Source of the DNA: Octopus sinensis
Lineage: Eukaryota
DNA: 64,000 nt
Direction: 5' to 3'
Assembly (NCBI RefSeq): GCF_006345805.1
Contig: NC_042998.1
Location: 175,522,001 to 175,586,000, forward strand
This document shows, piece by piece, positions 1 to 13,704 of the stretch. Every line of letters starts with the position of its first letter. The stretch's first letter is position 1. The notes under the pieces are model-generated. The model saw only the letters and a list, made by a program, of their open reading frames with translations, did no database searches and was not told where the DNA came from. Both the position numbers and the translations under genes were made by a program.

Positions 1-2669
1 TTCGTACATTTAACTTAGAAGATTTCATTTATGTTTTTAATTTTCAGTCTATCACATGTTGCCAAAAGTGTTTTTGTTTATTGATGCAATCTATTCTCTT
101 TATCAATAAATTATTTTGCTACTAAGTATATTATATTCTCTGTTAAACTAGTTTAATCAATTTTATTTATTTATATAATCTTGCTTTATGAGGGAGCAGG
201 TGTGAAATTTCTAGAAATTCACAGTTTATGCATTAGCAGAATAATATAATCCTATTTTTTCACAGAACTGACAGAGAATGTGAACAAATAGGAAACTATC
301 TTCTTTTACTGCTCAATTAGGGAGAGAGAGGGTGGGGTGAAGAAATGCTGCAGGTTTCCTATATATGCCACAGAGGTTTCTAAGGTTCTATCATATACAA
401 ATGTTGGAAAAGCTACTAGTTTATCTGGACTAGTAATTGAAATTGTCAGAGTTGTTAGAAGACACAGCTGCTACTATTAGTCATGTCAACTGCGTTGCTT
501 CTGATCAAAAGGATAAATGTTAGTCTAACTCAAGAAGCAATGTTGTAAATTGATTTAAGTGAAAAAATTATTCTTTTGCATAACAGTTATACAGGACTTA
601 AGTTGTTCGATCGGGTGTTTAAAGTCAGTGAAAAAGTTTTGGAAATTTATTGAAGGAATTTTAAACCATATGCTGGTGTCATTAAAATGATGTTTTCTGT
701 TGTCTAGCCCTAGGTCAACTGTAACAGAGTAGACCTATAGATGAATGAAAAGCAAAACTGAGTTCAATAATATTGAAGTCAGGATGTTGCAGGATGCAAC
801 TAAATACTATTGGACATTAAGTAATTCACCATTTGTGCCACTTTACTGCTTTTGATACAACTCAAGTAAAAAACAGATATACCACTTGTGACCATCCTCT
901 CTTTCTTGTAGGGTCTAGAACTACATTATCTAGTGTGACCTATCCATTTTTAAACTGGTCGGATGTGATTTAGCTGCTATTTCTTGTAGATCAAGCAATC
1001 ACCTAGAAATCCCATCTTTGGTGTACAAGTGTTGCACTGACATAAAGGGTGAGCTGAAACAGAACTGAATTCATTTGCAATACCTGGTAAAATATTTCTG
1101 AAATATTCCTGTATAAAACTTAAAGGAACTACTTGTGGGCAATGAAATCTTCCTCATTGTTGAGGAACCCTAACCCTAACCGTAACCCTAACCTGATTGG
1201 AGTAACTAGTTGTAGTTTTGACACAACCAATGTGTAAGTTACTTGAAAGAAATCGCACAAACTATTTCTTCTTCTCACTACATCGATCTTAGCATTGGTG
1301 TAGTGCTATTTCTCTGCAGGTTTAACCTGACTAGGAAATGATTGGGTACTTAGACAATTTTATTTAGAATGACAGTGCAATATCTGGACTTTTTGAGAGA
1401 AAGCCTTTGCTGGATTTAAAAGGTGTCTGTTTTTTTGTTAATGAAAATGTCAGGTGAAAATGGCTTTTGTAAAATTGACCCACAACTAATTGAGAACAGG
1501 AAAAAAGTATTTGGCTTCCAGTTTCATAGATTTACAAGCAGTTATTTTCTTTTAGAGACCCAGTAATAATGATTTCTTACATTAGCACCAAGCCACAATT
1601 TCTGCATGAGAGATATGGTTGATGGGATTAACCTAAGAACACAACTAGCACTTATTCTAGCAATTTTGGAGTGATGAAAGGCAAAGCTGAGATTGAATTC
1701 AGAACACTGGACAGAACTAAATACCATTAGGCATTATGTTTACTGGTCCTACCACCTCTGCTTGTGATGCAACACAATTAAAAAACAAAATCAAAATTTC
1801 TATTGTCATTCTGATCTTCACAAAGTATCATTCTGTTCCACAGTGTACTTTTAAATGACAACACTGAACTATACAGTCAAAAGTCTCTTATTTTTTTACT
1901 TTATGTCATGCATTTTTGTGAACAATTGCCTCATTGGTTCTCAGTGTTCCTCAAGGCCAATCTCTGATTCACTGGATTTCTAATGGCAAGAGTGACCAGA
2001 GGGTAACTGTGCAACTTGAGGGACATAAATAACACAATGCATGCGGAGGTGTAACTGTGGCTATGTGGACATTAAAATGCATGGGAAAGTGGATATTAAA
2101 ATGAAGATATTTATGTGTGTGTATGTTTGTATGTGTGACTGTCCATCCAGCCATATCTGTTTATATTGCTGTAGAAATGGTTTGTGTCAAAAATTGATTC
2201 AATGACAAAGATTGATACCACTAGACTGAAATAAGTACTGTTGTTTATGTGATCAAGTCATACTCTTTAAGTCCGTGCCTCAGCATGGTCACAGTCCATG
2301 AACTGAAACTAGTACAAAAGCAGAGCACCCATTTTATTGCAAAATTCTAATTGAATTATGTTGTGATATTAACAAAACTGTAGGATTTGGATTTTTACGT
2401 ACTGAAACCACACAACTTGTCTTTGCAAACAGATTAGAATAATATAGCTATTCTTATCATTGTGTAGCTCCTGATCTTATAGGAAGATGTTAAAAAGTAG
2501 TAGTAGCAGTGACTGTTAGTAGTAATAGTTGTAAACAACAGCATGGACTAGGAGTGTTACTGAATGTATCAGGATGTTTGTAGGTGTTTGAGAGCATATA
2601 TATATATGTATAACCCGTGCTAGCACGGAAAACGGACGTTAAATGATGATGATGATGATGATGATGATG

Positions 2670-2703
<34 letters not shown>

Positions 2704-3436
2704 ACTAGTAGTAGTAGTACTATAGAGTGAGTAAACAACAATCATGACTGAAGTGCACTACTTGTCTATTAAGGTGTGCAAACATTAAAAGGTGCAGGCA
2801 TGATTGTGTAGTTAAGAAGCTTCCTTCATGATGTCACCATTGTCATAATAATAATAATAATAATGATATACCCGTGAATTTGCATGTGTAATCTGGGAAT
2901 GCATACAATGAGCTTCTATGCCCTAGGTGTACGGAAAACACTCGACGAGAAACGGAGGAAAATTTGAAGAAAGAAGGAAAAATAATAATAATAATAATAA
3001 TAATAATAATTTTAAGTTTGTTTGCATGTTTGCATGATTTGGATGGATCTTCTAGCCCAGTATATTTGTTATTTCCTTCACAAAATACCATCTTGACAGA
3101 TCATCTTTCATGACTCCTTCCCATATTTTTCTGGGTCTTCACCACCTACAGGTTCATCCCACTACAATTGCTTGGTGTCTTTTTTCACACTTGCTTCACT
3201 GAAACACCTCATAACATTCATGCAAAACTTATTATTAATCATTAAGTATGTGGAGCAAGCTCATTGTGAATGACATCTTTTCAGTCAGAAACAATGATCA
3301 TCACCTTCACAAATGAGCAACTCTGAATCAAGCAATGCTTTGTGAATGAATATGGTAGCTGGGAACTGTGTAGAAGTCCAATGGATGTGCGTTCTGTGTA
3401 TGTGTGTGTATGTGTGTGTGTGTGTGTGTGTGTGCG

Positions 3437-3825
3437 TGGAGGCGCAATGGCCCAGTGGTTAGGGCAGCGGACTCGCGGTCGTAGGATCGCGGTTTCGATT
3501 CCCAGACCGGGCCTTGTGAGTGTTTATTGAGCGAAAACACCTAAAGCTCTACGAGGCTCCGGCAGCGGATGGTGGTGATCCCTGCTGTACTCTTTCACCA
3601 CAACTTTCTCTCACTCTAACACCTGTTTCTGTTGTACCTGTATTTCAAAGGGCCGGCCTTGTCACTCTCTGTGTCACGCTGAATATCCCCGAGAACTACG
3701 TTAAGAGTACACGTGTCTGTGGAGTGCTCAGCCACTTACACATTAATTTCACGAGCAGGCTGTTCCGTTGATTGGATCAACCGGAACCCTCATCGTCGTA
3801 ACCGACGGAGTGCTTCTAAAAAAAA
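3437..3825 (+). mobile_element. tRNA-derived SINE (tRNA-Arg-like head; OR-like), tail type A
   Basis: A box ggcccagtggttagg and B box ggtttcgattccc; inserted into a (GT)n tract. Confidence 0.85.
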
Positions 3826-4229
3826 GTGTGTGTGTGTGCGCGTGCGTATTTACAGGAGGTTAATTATATGGCTGGTCATATGCATAAGCACTTAGCCTGA
3901 TAGATGAATTGTCAGACTCCAATGGCCATATAATTAACCTCTTGTAAATACATTACTGCTCTAATTTTTAGAGTGTGCTTCTTTTTCGGATATATGATCC
4001 ACATATAATATGTATATATATATATATATATATATGTAAATGAAAGTGTATGTGTATATGTATGTATATATATCATGGACAGGCTCTCAAATGATGCATC
4101 CTCAAGAAAAACAGATTTGATTTTTGAAATCTGCATCCCAATGGGTAAGTTTTTATAATTAGGAATAAAAAGATGCAATTTGCTACAAGAAATAACTCAA
4201 CTTTTAAGTCGCCAAGTCTACCACTCTCT

Positions 4230-4460
4230 CAGGCAGGCTCTTAAAGCATTTCTGAAGTGCTTTGAGATCAATCCTGACACATGGAAAAATGTAAGCACAA
4301 GACTGCTCTACCTGGCTAAAACTGCACCAACAGAAGTGCCATGAACTACGAACAAAACAGGATTGCAGGAGCACAAAGAAAGCATGAACTGTGCAAATCC
4401 AGAGCCAGCTCCTTGCCTTCAGTCCTAGCAGACCACTAGTAGTGGAACTTGTGGAGATGT
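4230..4460 (+). mobile_element. Decayed BovB-like RTE ORF C-terminus
   Basis: Frameshifted translation LKAFLKCFEINPDTW...AMNYEQNRIAGAQRKHELCKSRA resembles BovB-type C-termini (recalled). Confidence 0.55.
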
Positions 4461-4469
4461 CGATTGATG

Positions 4470-4730
4470 GTGTTTTGTGAAAAACTAAGTTCTGTGTTCG
4501 GCTGTTGTTAAGCCATTTAAAACAAGGCCTCATCTTCCACAACACAAAGTCTCCAGCTGGTGTTACCTTCCTTGAAATATGTCTGAACCAGTTTTGTGCC
4601 ACGTGTTCTTTGATAGTTCCTGGACAGTCCACGTCATTAATTTCTTTTGCCACTGCCTTTGCACTCATTCCTTTTTTCCACAGTTAGTGTAAAAGGGTTC
4701 AAATTGCAATTTTTTCACCACTCATTATCA
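4470..4730 (-). mobile_element. Mariner transposase N-terminal (HTH) relic
   Basis: MSGEKIAI.TLLH.LWKKGMSAKAVAKEINDV..PGTIKEHVAQNWFR, a mariner/SETMAR-like HTH region. Confidence 0.7.
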
Positions 4731-4915
4731 AAGCTGTAAAATAAAGAATAAACATAAATATTTATATGATAATAAAATAAATATTTATATGTTATATATA
4801 TATATAATAATAAGAATAAACAGTTGGATAACAAGTATCAAATTAATGATATAACATGAGATACAAGTTGCTAAAAATCATCGTTGAAAATCTGAAAAAG
4901 ACTTTTGACTCACCT

Positions 4916-4956
<41 letters not shown>

Positions 4957-6111
4957 CTAGTATCTATTTAGACACCTGTTTGAAAGTATCATATGCACTC
5001 TACCTGGTAATCCTTGCACATAATTCTGAATCTCTTGATGTATCAAGTTTCTTCTGCTTTATTTTCTGGAGAAAATAAGATTTGTGGTGGTTGTTATTGA
5101 CATCTTATTGTAATGTATTTATTCTACAAAGACATAATGTTCAGTAAAAACAAGCAAACCATATATGTGCTGTATAAATTAACAATGTGTTGTGACCATA
5201 AAATGGATGAACACTTTATCAATGAATGCATATAATACTCAGCTGGGGTAATATATTATAAAAGCACAAAAATTTAAAATTAAAACGTTATGAGCTGCTG
5301 AATAAACTTCAACTGATTAATGTAATTTATAAATTTAGAGGTAGACATTAAAGTTATAAACCTCATGACTCTAACTGTTGCAGTGGGCAGAAATGTACTG
5401 TACTTTCTTGCTAGCTGATCATGCTTCTACAAGAAGGAGCCATTGCAAAACAAAATATAGAATTCCCACCAAAATAAAAAAATTGTCTGTTGAAAAGAAA
5501 GTGCATTAATAATGAAATTAATCACACAACTTTATATGATTTTAGTTAACCTTAGCAACAAAATGACATTATAAGTGGGCATAAGTAAACCAGAAATAAA
5601 TTTGTCAGATGTCAAAAAAATTTATGTATTTCATTTATGATGTCTAATAATGTCTAAAATGTGATTGTGAAAGATTCAAATATGAGAAAGCAAATATCTA
5701 TTATCAGTATCAAGCACATCAGTCAGCATTATTCTGAAAGACACTTTATCTTAAATGAGAGATGATAACATTTATCATGAGAATACTAAGCCTTGTGATA
5801 GTGTTGGTAGTGCTAAGACCTTTGGCAGACATATGCTATATCATAACATTGGCAGTTCTTTAAAAAATAAATATAGTGCTAAATTATTCATATCACCACA
5901 AAACTAAAGTTGGGGACTGTTCTTTGTGAGTCCCTCCAAACTTTGGATGCATTGTTTTACTCCACCTTTACACAATCATTAGAGCTTGGATAACTACCCC
6001 TCTCCTGCTCTGCCGCACTTATCTCAAACTTTAACCCCTTGTTCCTTAGCATAAAGCCAACCCCTCCCTCTTGAGTTTCATAGTCTTGTGAGCTGCATGG
6101 CAACTTCCTAG

Positions 6112-6293
6112 TCCTGGTGGCATGAAGAAAAGCACCCAATACATGCTGTAAAGTGGTTGGCATTAGGAAGGGCATCTAGTTGTGAAAACCATACCAACTT
6201 TGTGTATGATGCAGTCTTTGGACCCATCAGATCCTGTCAAACCGTCCAACCCATGCCAGAATAAACATTGATATTAAATGATGATGATAATGA
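6112..6293 (+). mobile_element. RTE 3' tail
   Basis: aaaagcaccc...ggcattaggaagggcatc...ccaacccatgccag...tgatgatg. Confidence 0.75.
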
Positions 6294-6294
6294 T

Positions 6295-7441
6295 ACACTG
6301 TTCCAAATAGTTTTTTTCCAAACTGGAAAATCTGTTTTTGGAATGCATTTTCAGATTTTGTGCACAGTTCTTGTAGCAAATTTTCTGCAATCTTGTCCAT
6401 TAGCTAAGTCAGTGACCTTTCAGGATGGATTTCACCTTTGGGAATGATTAAAAATTTGCAGAGGCGAAATCTGGAAAGTAGGAAGGCAGGAAAAGGAGAA
6501 TCAGTTCATGCTTTGCCAAAAAATTGCAGATAAGGAGCCATGAATGAGTAGTTTTGTTATTTGTAGTGCAGCATTTGGGTCCTTCCTTCACACTGCATCC
6601 CTGAAACATCTCAGAATATCTAAGGAAAACTTATTGACCATCAGACCATGTAGAACAAACTCATTATGGACGACACCCTTCCAATCAGAAAAAGTTATCA
6701 ACACCATCTTCACATTTGAGTGAGTTGCTTTGGTTGTGGTGATGATGATCTATCCCAGTGTGATAACTGTCTTTTCATTTCACATTCATATGCTCACATT
6801 CCTTCATCTGTTATGATGCTTTTCAGAAAGTTTTGATCAAGCTGATCCGAACTCACTGACTTAGTTCGCTTTTTGTTCACCTGCTATCAGACACAGAAAA
6901 ATTTTGCAGCAACATAATGCATCTTTTTTTTAAAAATCTTGTGGCATGAACATTTACAGATGCTTACTTCTTCAGACAGCTGACAGTGTTCATGGATTGC
7001 AGCTTTAATTTTTACTGTGTTATCATTGTCTATGGCAGGTCATTTACATATGGGATGATCTCTAGTGGTTTTCCTTCTTGGTTTAAAACACTAGTGCCAC
7101 TCATAAAGGTATTGACAGTTCAGTCATTACTTCCCATAAGCCTATTGCAACATTAGAAAAGACTCGAGAGAAGTTTTTTTTAATTTGAAACAGAATTTCA
7201 CGCAAACAGTTACTCTTCCAAATTCTTCCTTGTTCAGCTTGCAGAAAATTACCAAGTGCACTAAACATACATCAACTCTAGCATGTGTAGATCAGTGACT
7301 AACTTATGTGGCATGATATGGATATTACTAAACTGAAGATCAAATTTTCTTGTACATGTGACTATTGCTGTGAGCATGCTGCACCAACTAGTTATAGTGT
7401 TGTTTTAAAAGTTCAATTTTTCTTTCTGGCGAGACCTCATA
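6295..7441 (-). mobile_element. Decayed near-full-length mariner element
   Basis: The 5' end reads TA|TGAGGTCTCGCCAGAAAG (mariner-type TIR); the decayed transposase includes FLAKHELILL and a broken P(P)YSPDLAP-like region. The second TIR was not found. Confidence 0.65.
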
Positions 7442-7572
7442 TGCAACATAAGGTGTATTAGAAACTAATATTCTTATAAATGAATTTAATGTTATACTGA
7501 TATGTGAAGTACAAATTCTTTAAGACTAATTATTAATTCTGGAACTAATATTCTCCAACTTTTACTCCATAG

Positions 7573-7752
<180 letters not shown>

Positions 7753-8329
7753 TAAGATGATGAAATACTGACGACCTGGAACCCCTTTTTTGTGCAAAGA
7801 TAACACATTAACTTCATTACTGTCACTCAGTCTTCAACTTAAAGAGTGCTTAGATGCAAAAAAAATAAATTATAAGCACTTTTTATTGCTTTTGACTGAG
7901 TACATTATTACACATGTATGTTCACATTCATGTTTGGATAGATATACACAAGTACATATATGAATAAATAATTTCTCTTTAAATCAAATAAATTTCATAT
8001 TTAGATATCTGGTTGTTTGTGAGCCTCTCTTCTCCAAGTAAATATTTAAAATACTTTAAACTGTAAACAACTCTATGCTTTCTTCAAATACAGGTATGAA
8101 AGACAGTAATGAAAGGAAAATTCCAGCATAATAGCTGCAGACTTCAATAATTTTGTTGAAACAGGATCTTGCTGATTACTTTCTATAGTGGATAGTCAGT
8201 ACATTTCTCCACAATAGTCTATAAACATGAATCAAAGCTTGGATTATGTATTTGAAGTCCAACCGCTAAAATCTAACATCCTTGCTGGTTCTAACCACTG
8301 ACCTAGTCAGTAATGGATTGTAATGCAAT

Positions 8330-8575
8330 ATTGTTGTTGCTTAGACTCATGGCAGCCTTGATGACACTGGCCTTTGATCAAAGGCATTCCATCTGTAACA
8401 TCAAAGGCATTCATCTGTGACATAAAAGGCATTCAAATGTTTAGGGTTAATTAGTATTACATTATCCGATGTGTCCTTACTGTTTTTGAGATGTGGGGAT
8501 CTGATTTGTGAGAAATTTAGCTGCTATTTCTAGTAATTCAAGTGACCATATCGAGGTTCCCTCATTAGCTTATGT
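8330..8575 (+). repeat. Interspersed repeat family (…acattatcc…gatttggctgctatttct…)
   Basis: Similar copies at about 700-1020, 36260-36420 and 41390-41550. Confidence 0.6.
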
Positions 8576-9919
8576 TGTGGAGTTAGTACAAATGGTAGCG
8601 AGCTGAGTTGGACGTTTTTAATACCTAATTTATTGGTTTATATTTCTGAGATTTTGCTCTGATCTGTATTTAATTTTCATCTCACTGGTTGATAAAACAA
8701 ACGCCAATAATAATATAGTAGGGTCAGACCAGTTGTTATTAGAATTAGTCTTGTCCTTTTGTAATAAATCATTATTGATATTAAAGATTCAGTTGCTTAA
8801 AATTAAGCTTGTACCAGGAACAAGCCAATAGTCTGGTTAAATCTATTTCACTTAACATCTAAGGCTGCTTGTAAAAGCATGGAGTTCACAATTTCCAAAT
8901 TCTGTCTCTTATATTTCTGAAACCTGTGTTAATATAGAAGTTGATGTCTTATTGAAATAGAAGTATCTTGTGTTTGTAAGAATATAAGCACCCTCTTTCT
9001 CTTTCAATGTACACCACCGCTACACTTTGTAATAACAGCTGCTTTGAGTTAACTTCCACCTATCTGTAAGAGATTACCAGCAATGTGCTCTGTGAAATAT
9101 GGTGCTTGAGTCAGTGGGATGGGTTTGTGGACATGCTGTTTTGACTCACCAGGTTTTATGAGTCATCAGTCTCCTTATTTGATGTCATCTATGTTGGAAG
9201 GCTATAAATTTGTTTTAAAAAGTCATGGGTTAAGTACAACTGACCTATTGCCTCTAAAGGGCACAAATAAATGACTTAGTATATTCATTTTTATAAAAGC
9301 CAGCAGTAAGTTTCTCTAAAATATCAGTTACTCTACTATTTTATCAAATTTTCTTAGAAAATTATTATGGTTGAGAATTATATTTAGTTTTTCTGATCTC
9401 TTCATTTTTCTTTTCCATTTTTTCTGACTTTAAGATGTTAAAGTTGTTTGTTGTTGTTGCTATTGCTGCTGCTGCTGCTGCTACTGCTGCTTTTGTTCTT
9501 GTTGTTCTCCTCTTCGTCTTCCTTCTTCCCTTAGGCAAAGCTTCCACTGCACCATCAAGTGTACTTTTGTGTTCCAAGAGTTGCATGCAGTTTTTGTTTT
9601 TTGTCTTTTTGGCATGTGAAATTGTGTGCTGCTTCAGTTTTCGCTATGTTGTGGGCATCGTTTTGTTGTTTCTAGTGTTAATTTACTGTTTGGCTGGTTT
9701 TTTTTGAGTAGAATATGTGCCATGTTGTTGAGTGATTTTTATATTTCATGTGTTGTATGGTTTGTGTTATGTGATATTGTGCTTTGTGGATTGTATTATA
9801 TTGGTGTGTGGCTGCTTTTTCTAGCAAATTGAGCAACCATATAAAGGCTTCCTCATTGGTTCAAGGGGCATATAGTATCAGCTACATGTTACGAAGGAGT
9901 ATGTGGTGGTTTACTTTAA

Positions 9920-10140
9920 CCCTTTAGCATTTAAACTGGTCATATCCAGCCAAAACATTCTTCTTATTTTACGTCCAAGCCAGCCAGATCTGGTATCTTA
10001 CACCTACCCTACAATGTCATTCTAAAAAATAACCAATTACATCATAGAAATCTTGAATCTATGAGATAATGCATGATTAATTCAAAGCAATGTGAATAAC
10101 TAAGCATTACATTTGAGAGAGTAATCTGAATGCTAAAGGG
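9920..10140. mobile_element. piggyBac-type MITE, 221 bp
   Basis: TTAA|CCCTTTAGCATT ... AATGCTAAAGGG|TTAG: 12-bp perfect TIR, CCC/GGG ends, and a TTAA target site (one side mutated). Confidence 0.8.
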
Positions 10141-10164
10141 TTAGTGAGTGGTGATTGTATAGAA

Positions 10165-11558
10165 CAGTGGTTCTCAACCTGTAGTCCGTGGACCCCTGGT
10201 GGTACGCAAAGATAGTACTGGGGGTCTGTGAACTAAATTCAAAATTTCATCATCATCATCATCATCATCGTTTAGCGTCCATTTTCCATGCTAGCATGGG
10301 TTGGACGGTTCTACTGGGGTCTGTGAAGCCAGAAGGCTTCATCAGGCCCAGTCAAATCTGGCAGTGTTTCTACGGCTGGATGCCCTTCCTAACGCCAACC
10401 ACTCCGTGAGTATAGTGGGTGCTTTTTACGTGCCACTCGCACTGGTGCCAGACAGAGCTGGCAAACGGCCACGAACGGATGGTGCTTTTTATGTGCCACC
10501 GGCACGAGGGCCAGGCGAGGCTGGCAACGGACACGAAACGGGGCAGTGCTGGCAACGGTCGCGAAACGGAAAGTTCTCTTACATGCCACCGGCACTGGTA
10601 ACACATCTGCAATTTCCATTGATCAATTTCGATTCTGATCGTCACTTGCCTCAACGGGTCTTCACAAGCAGAGTTTTGACATGCCACCGGCACTGGTAGC
10701 ACATAGCAATTTCCATTGATCGATTTCGATTCTGATCCTCACTTGCCTCAACGGGTCTTCACAAGCAGAGTTTTGACATGCCACCGGCACTGGTAGCACA
10801 TCCGCAATTTCCATTGATCGATTTCGATTCTGATCCTCACTTGCCTCATCACGTCTTCACAAGTAGAGTTTTGTGTCCCAAGAAGGGAAGGTATGCATAC
10901 GTAGGCTGGCTCCATCCCATGTAGAAGGCCACGGGTTATGGACTCACTTGTCCTGCCGTGTCTTCTCGCGCACAGCACACTTCCAGAGGTCTCGGTCTCT
11001 AGTCATTTCCTCAGTGAGACCTAAAGTTCGAAGGTCGTGCTTCACCACCTCGTCCCAGGTTTTCCTGGGTCTGCCTCTTCCACAGGTTCCCTCAACCGCT
11101 AGGGTGTGGCACTTTTTCACACAACTATCTTCATCCATTCTCGCCACATGACCATACCAGCGCAAACGTCTCTCTTGCACACCACAACTGATGCTTCTTA
11201 GGTCCAGCTTTTCTCTCAAGGTACTTACACTCTGCCGTGTGTGAGTACCGGCATTACACATCCATCGGAGCATACTGGCTTCATTTCTAGCGAGCTTACG
11301 CATATCCTCAGCAGTCACGGCCCATGTTTCACTGCCATGTAGCATGGCTGTTCGTATACACGCATCATACAGTCTGCCTTTCACTCTGTGCGAGAGGCCT
11401 TTTGTCACCAGCAGAGGTAAGAGCTCTCTGAACTTTGCCCAAGCTATTCTTACTCTAGCAGTTACACTTTCAGCACACCCGCTCCCGCTGCTGACTTGGT
11501 CACCTAGGTAACGGAAACTATGTATATATATATGTATATATATATGTATATATATATG

Positions 11559-11608
<50 letters not shown>

Positions 11609-11696
11609 CATAAGGATAAGCATATTAAAAGGAGTCCATGGGAAAACTCATTTAAATAAAAGGGATCCTTGGTAGTGAAAACGTTAGGAACCACTG
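10165..11696. mobile_element. hAT (Charlie-like) MITE interrupted by an RTE
   Basis: TIRs CAGTGGTTCTCAAC / GTTAGGAACCACTG; 8-bp TSD gtatagaa (10157-10164) / gtatagag (11697-11704). Confidence 0.8.
10248..11520 (-). mobile_element. RTE LINE, 5'-truncated (RT C-term + 3'UTR)
   Basis: ORF 10944..11408 is very similar to the C-terminus of the 34234 ORF (KGRLYDACIRTAMLHGSETW...EKTRQDK); same 3' tail with (CAT)n on the + strand. Confidence 0.93.
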
Positions 11697-12889
11697 GTAT
11701 AGAGTTATGTGATATGTGGGTTGTGTTATATTATTGGGTGGGGTATTAGTAGACTATGTGTTGTGTGATTTGTGCTATTTTATTAGGTGATGATTTTATA
11801 AGCTTTGTGTTGTGTAAATTGTGCATAAAATATATTGTATACTTAGTATTAAATTAAAATATCACACATAAGATGTGGGCTATTCCTAGTAAGGGCTATT
11901 TTTTGAACAGGATTTAGATTTGTGAATCCTGGCATGGTTTATAAGTTTTTGTTCATGTTCTTTTTTAATCATCATATCATGTTTTAATTATTATTGGTAT
12001 AGTTTTTACTGCATATCCTGCTTATTTCCATTTCAAAATCTTTGTAGTATGATAGTTTCTCAATCTCCTTTGAGGTAACATTTTAATCAGAAGGATTCAA
12101 AATTTCTGTCAAGGCACAGATATTGTCATTCCTGTCCTGCACTCTTTTGCTTTCATCTCCTTATCAGTCAATGAACCATGTCCCAGATTACTGTAGCCAG
12201 GTTATTGTCATAGAACCAATATATGACAAGGACCTGGTTATCTCTAGTATTGTGCAGATTGAGGCTAATAAGGATATTGACACTTCTGTATTTTTGTGGT
12301 TTTGAGATGGCATTAGAATAATGTCCTGCAGTGTTGTTTACTGTCTTAATGAGGGAAAATATAGGGGATTTAATTTTAAAAATAATGTACCAGAAACATG
12401 CACAAAAATAAACAAGATTTTTGTTGCAGGGAATTTTATGCATGTAAATATATTGTTTTCCTATAGCTTATGTATACTCTAATGTTTTGGTTTCGTATTG
12501 AGAAGATTCTGTGTGCTGTGTAATTTATATTATTCTATTCAATGAATAATATATATTTTATAAACTATTATGAAATATAATGTAGATCATTATAATGTAG
12601 ATCATGCAATATATAAATTAGAGCTTGTGATATATAAGAATATTAATAAAACACTTCTTTTTTCTATAGGCTTAATCTGGAGCAGAGCTACTCAAAATTT
12701 TAAAACTATCATCTCTTTTCTTTTGCTAAGACATGTTCAAAATTCCCTTCCTATGATTCATCAAAATTAAATACAATATAAAAAAATTGTTGCTGACAGG
12801 GTGATCACTATTAATAGGCTACATGCACAGAAGTCATTTCATTAACATAATGTGGTATGTCTGAACAACATTTTAACTTCTAATATTGG

Positions 12890-13075
12890 TTTCACATTTT
12901 GGCACAAGGCCAGCAATTTCAGAGTAGGGAGTGAGTCGATTACAATGATCCCAGTGATTAACTGGTACTTATTTAATCAACCCTAAGAGGATTAAAGGCA
13001 AAGTCAACCTTAGCAGAATTTGAACTTAGAATGTAAAAAAACGGACGAAATTCCAGTAAAAATTTTCCCTGGGGT
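12890..13075 (-). mobile_element. Same SINE family, diverged
   Basis: aaaggcaaagtcaaccttagcagaatttgaac. Confidence 0.75.
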
Positions 13076-13704
13076 ATATTACTAGATAAATCACTCATGA
13101 TAAAAATGGAAAATATTTTTGAAAATGAGGCCCATTCAAAGTTTTAAAGAAAGTTTTTTATAGGTTGTCATATCACTATCTTAGCTTTCTATATTTGGCA
13201 AGCTTTCATAAGGAAAAGAATCCCTAAACAGGTTTTCCTTGAAAATATTATTGGTAACATATGACTTTCCTTCTTGGTCATTTAGTGAAAGTCATGTTGA
13301 CGTATTCGAATTGTTCCAATGTCGAATAGCAGTAGTATTTTTAGCTTCTTCACTTCCTACTCTTCTCTTTGTTGGGACTCCCCATCTAGTTAAAAAAATG
13401 TTTTTATGTAGTTAGAATATTTGGAGAATCTTCTAAAAGTGTTGTTTATACAAGAAAAAGGAAATAGATAATTAAGCAACATAGTACAGTTTTGTTTTAA
13501 AAAATTTATTTCACTCACTTTCTATAATAAATTGTATATTCAGCATTTGTAAGTTGGAAGCTGGAAGCAATTAGAAAGAGATTTCAACAAAATTTCTCTT
13601 GTGTGCTACCAAAACATTATTTGGTAGATAAGCAACACACATGTCCTCTCTCACTCTCTCTCTCTACTGAATGAACACACACACACTCTCTCTCTCTATA
13701 TATA

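Noticed and set aside
340-600. Possible very old RTE RT fragment (…NVGKATSLSGLVIEIVR…)
   Set aside because: The resemblance is too weak to call.
3437-3510. tRNA gene (Arg-like)
   Set aside because: It is the head of a multicopy SINE that continues into body and tail sequence; there is no proper acceptor stem or terminator.
1-7572. First coding exon of SEC14L1 (MVQKYQSPVRVYK…-like, about 63 nt)
   Set aside because: Searched by eye and not found; it is presumably upstream of the window.
9435-9832. Hydrophobic ORFs resembling signal-peptide or membrane proteins
   Set aside because: They arise from GT/T-rich low-complexity sequence with (GCT)n/(GTT)n repeats.
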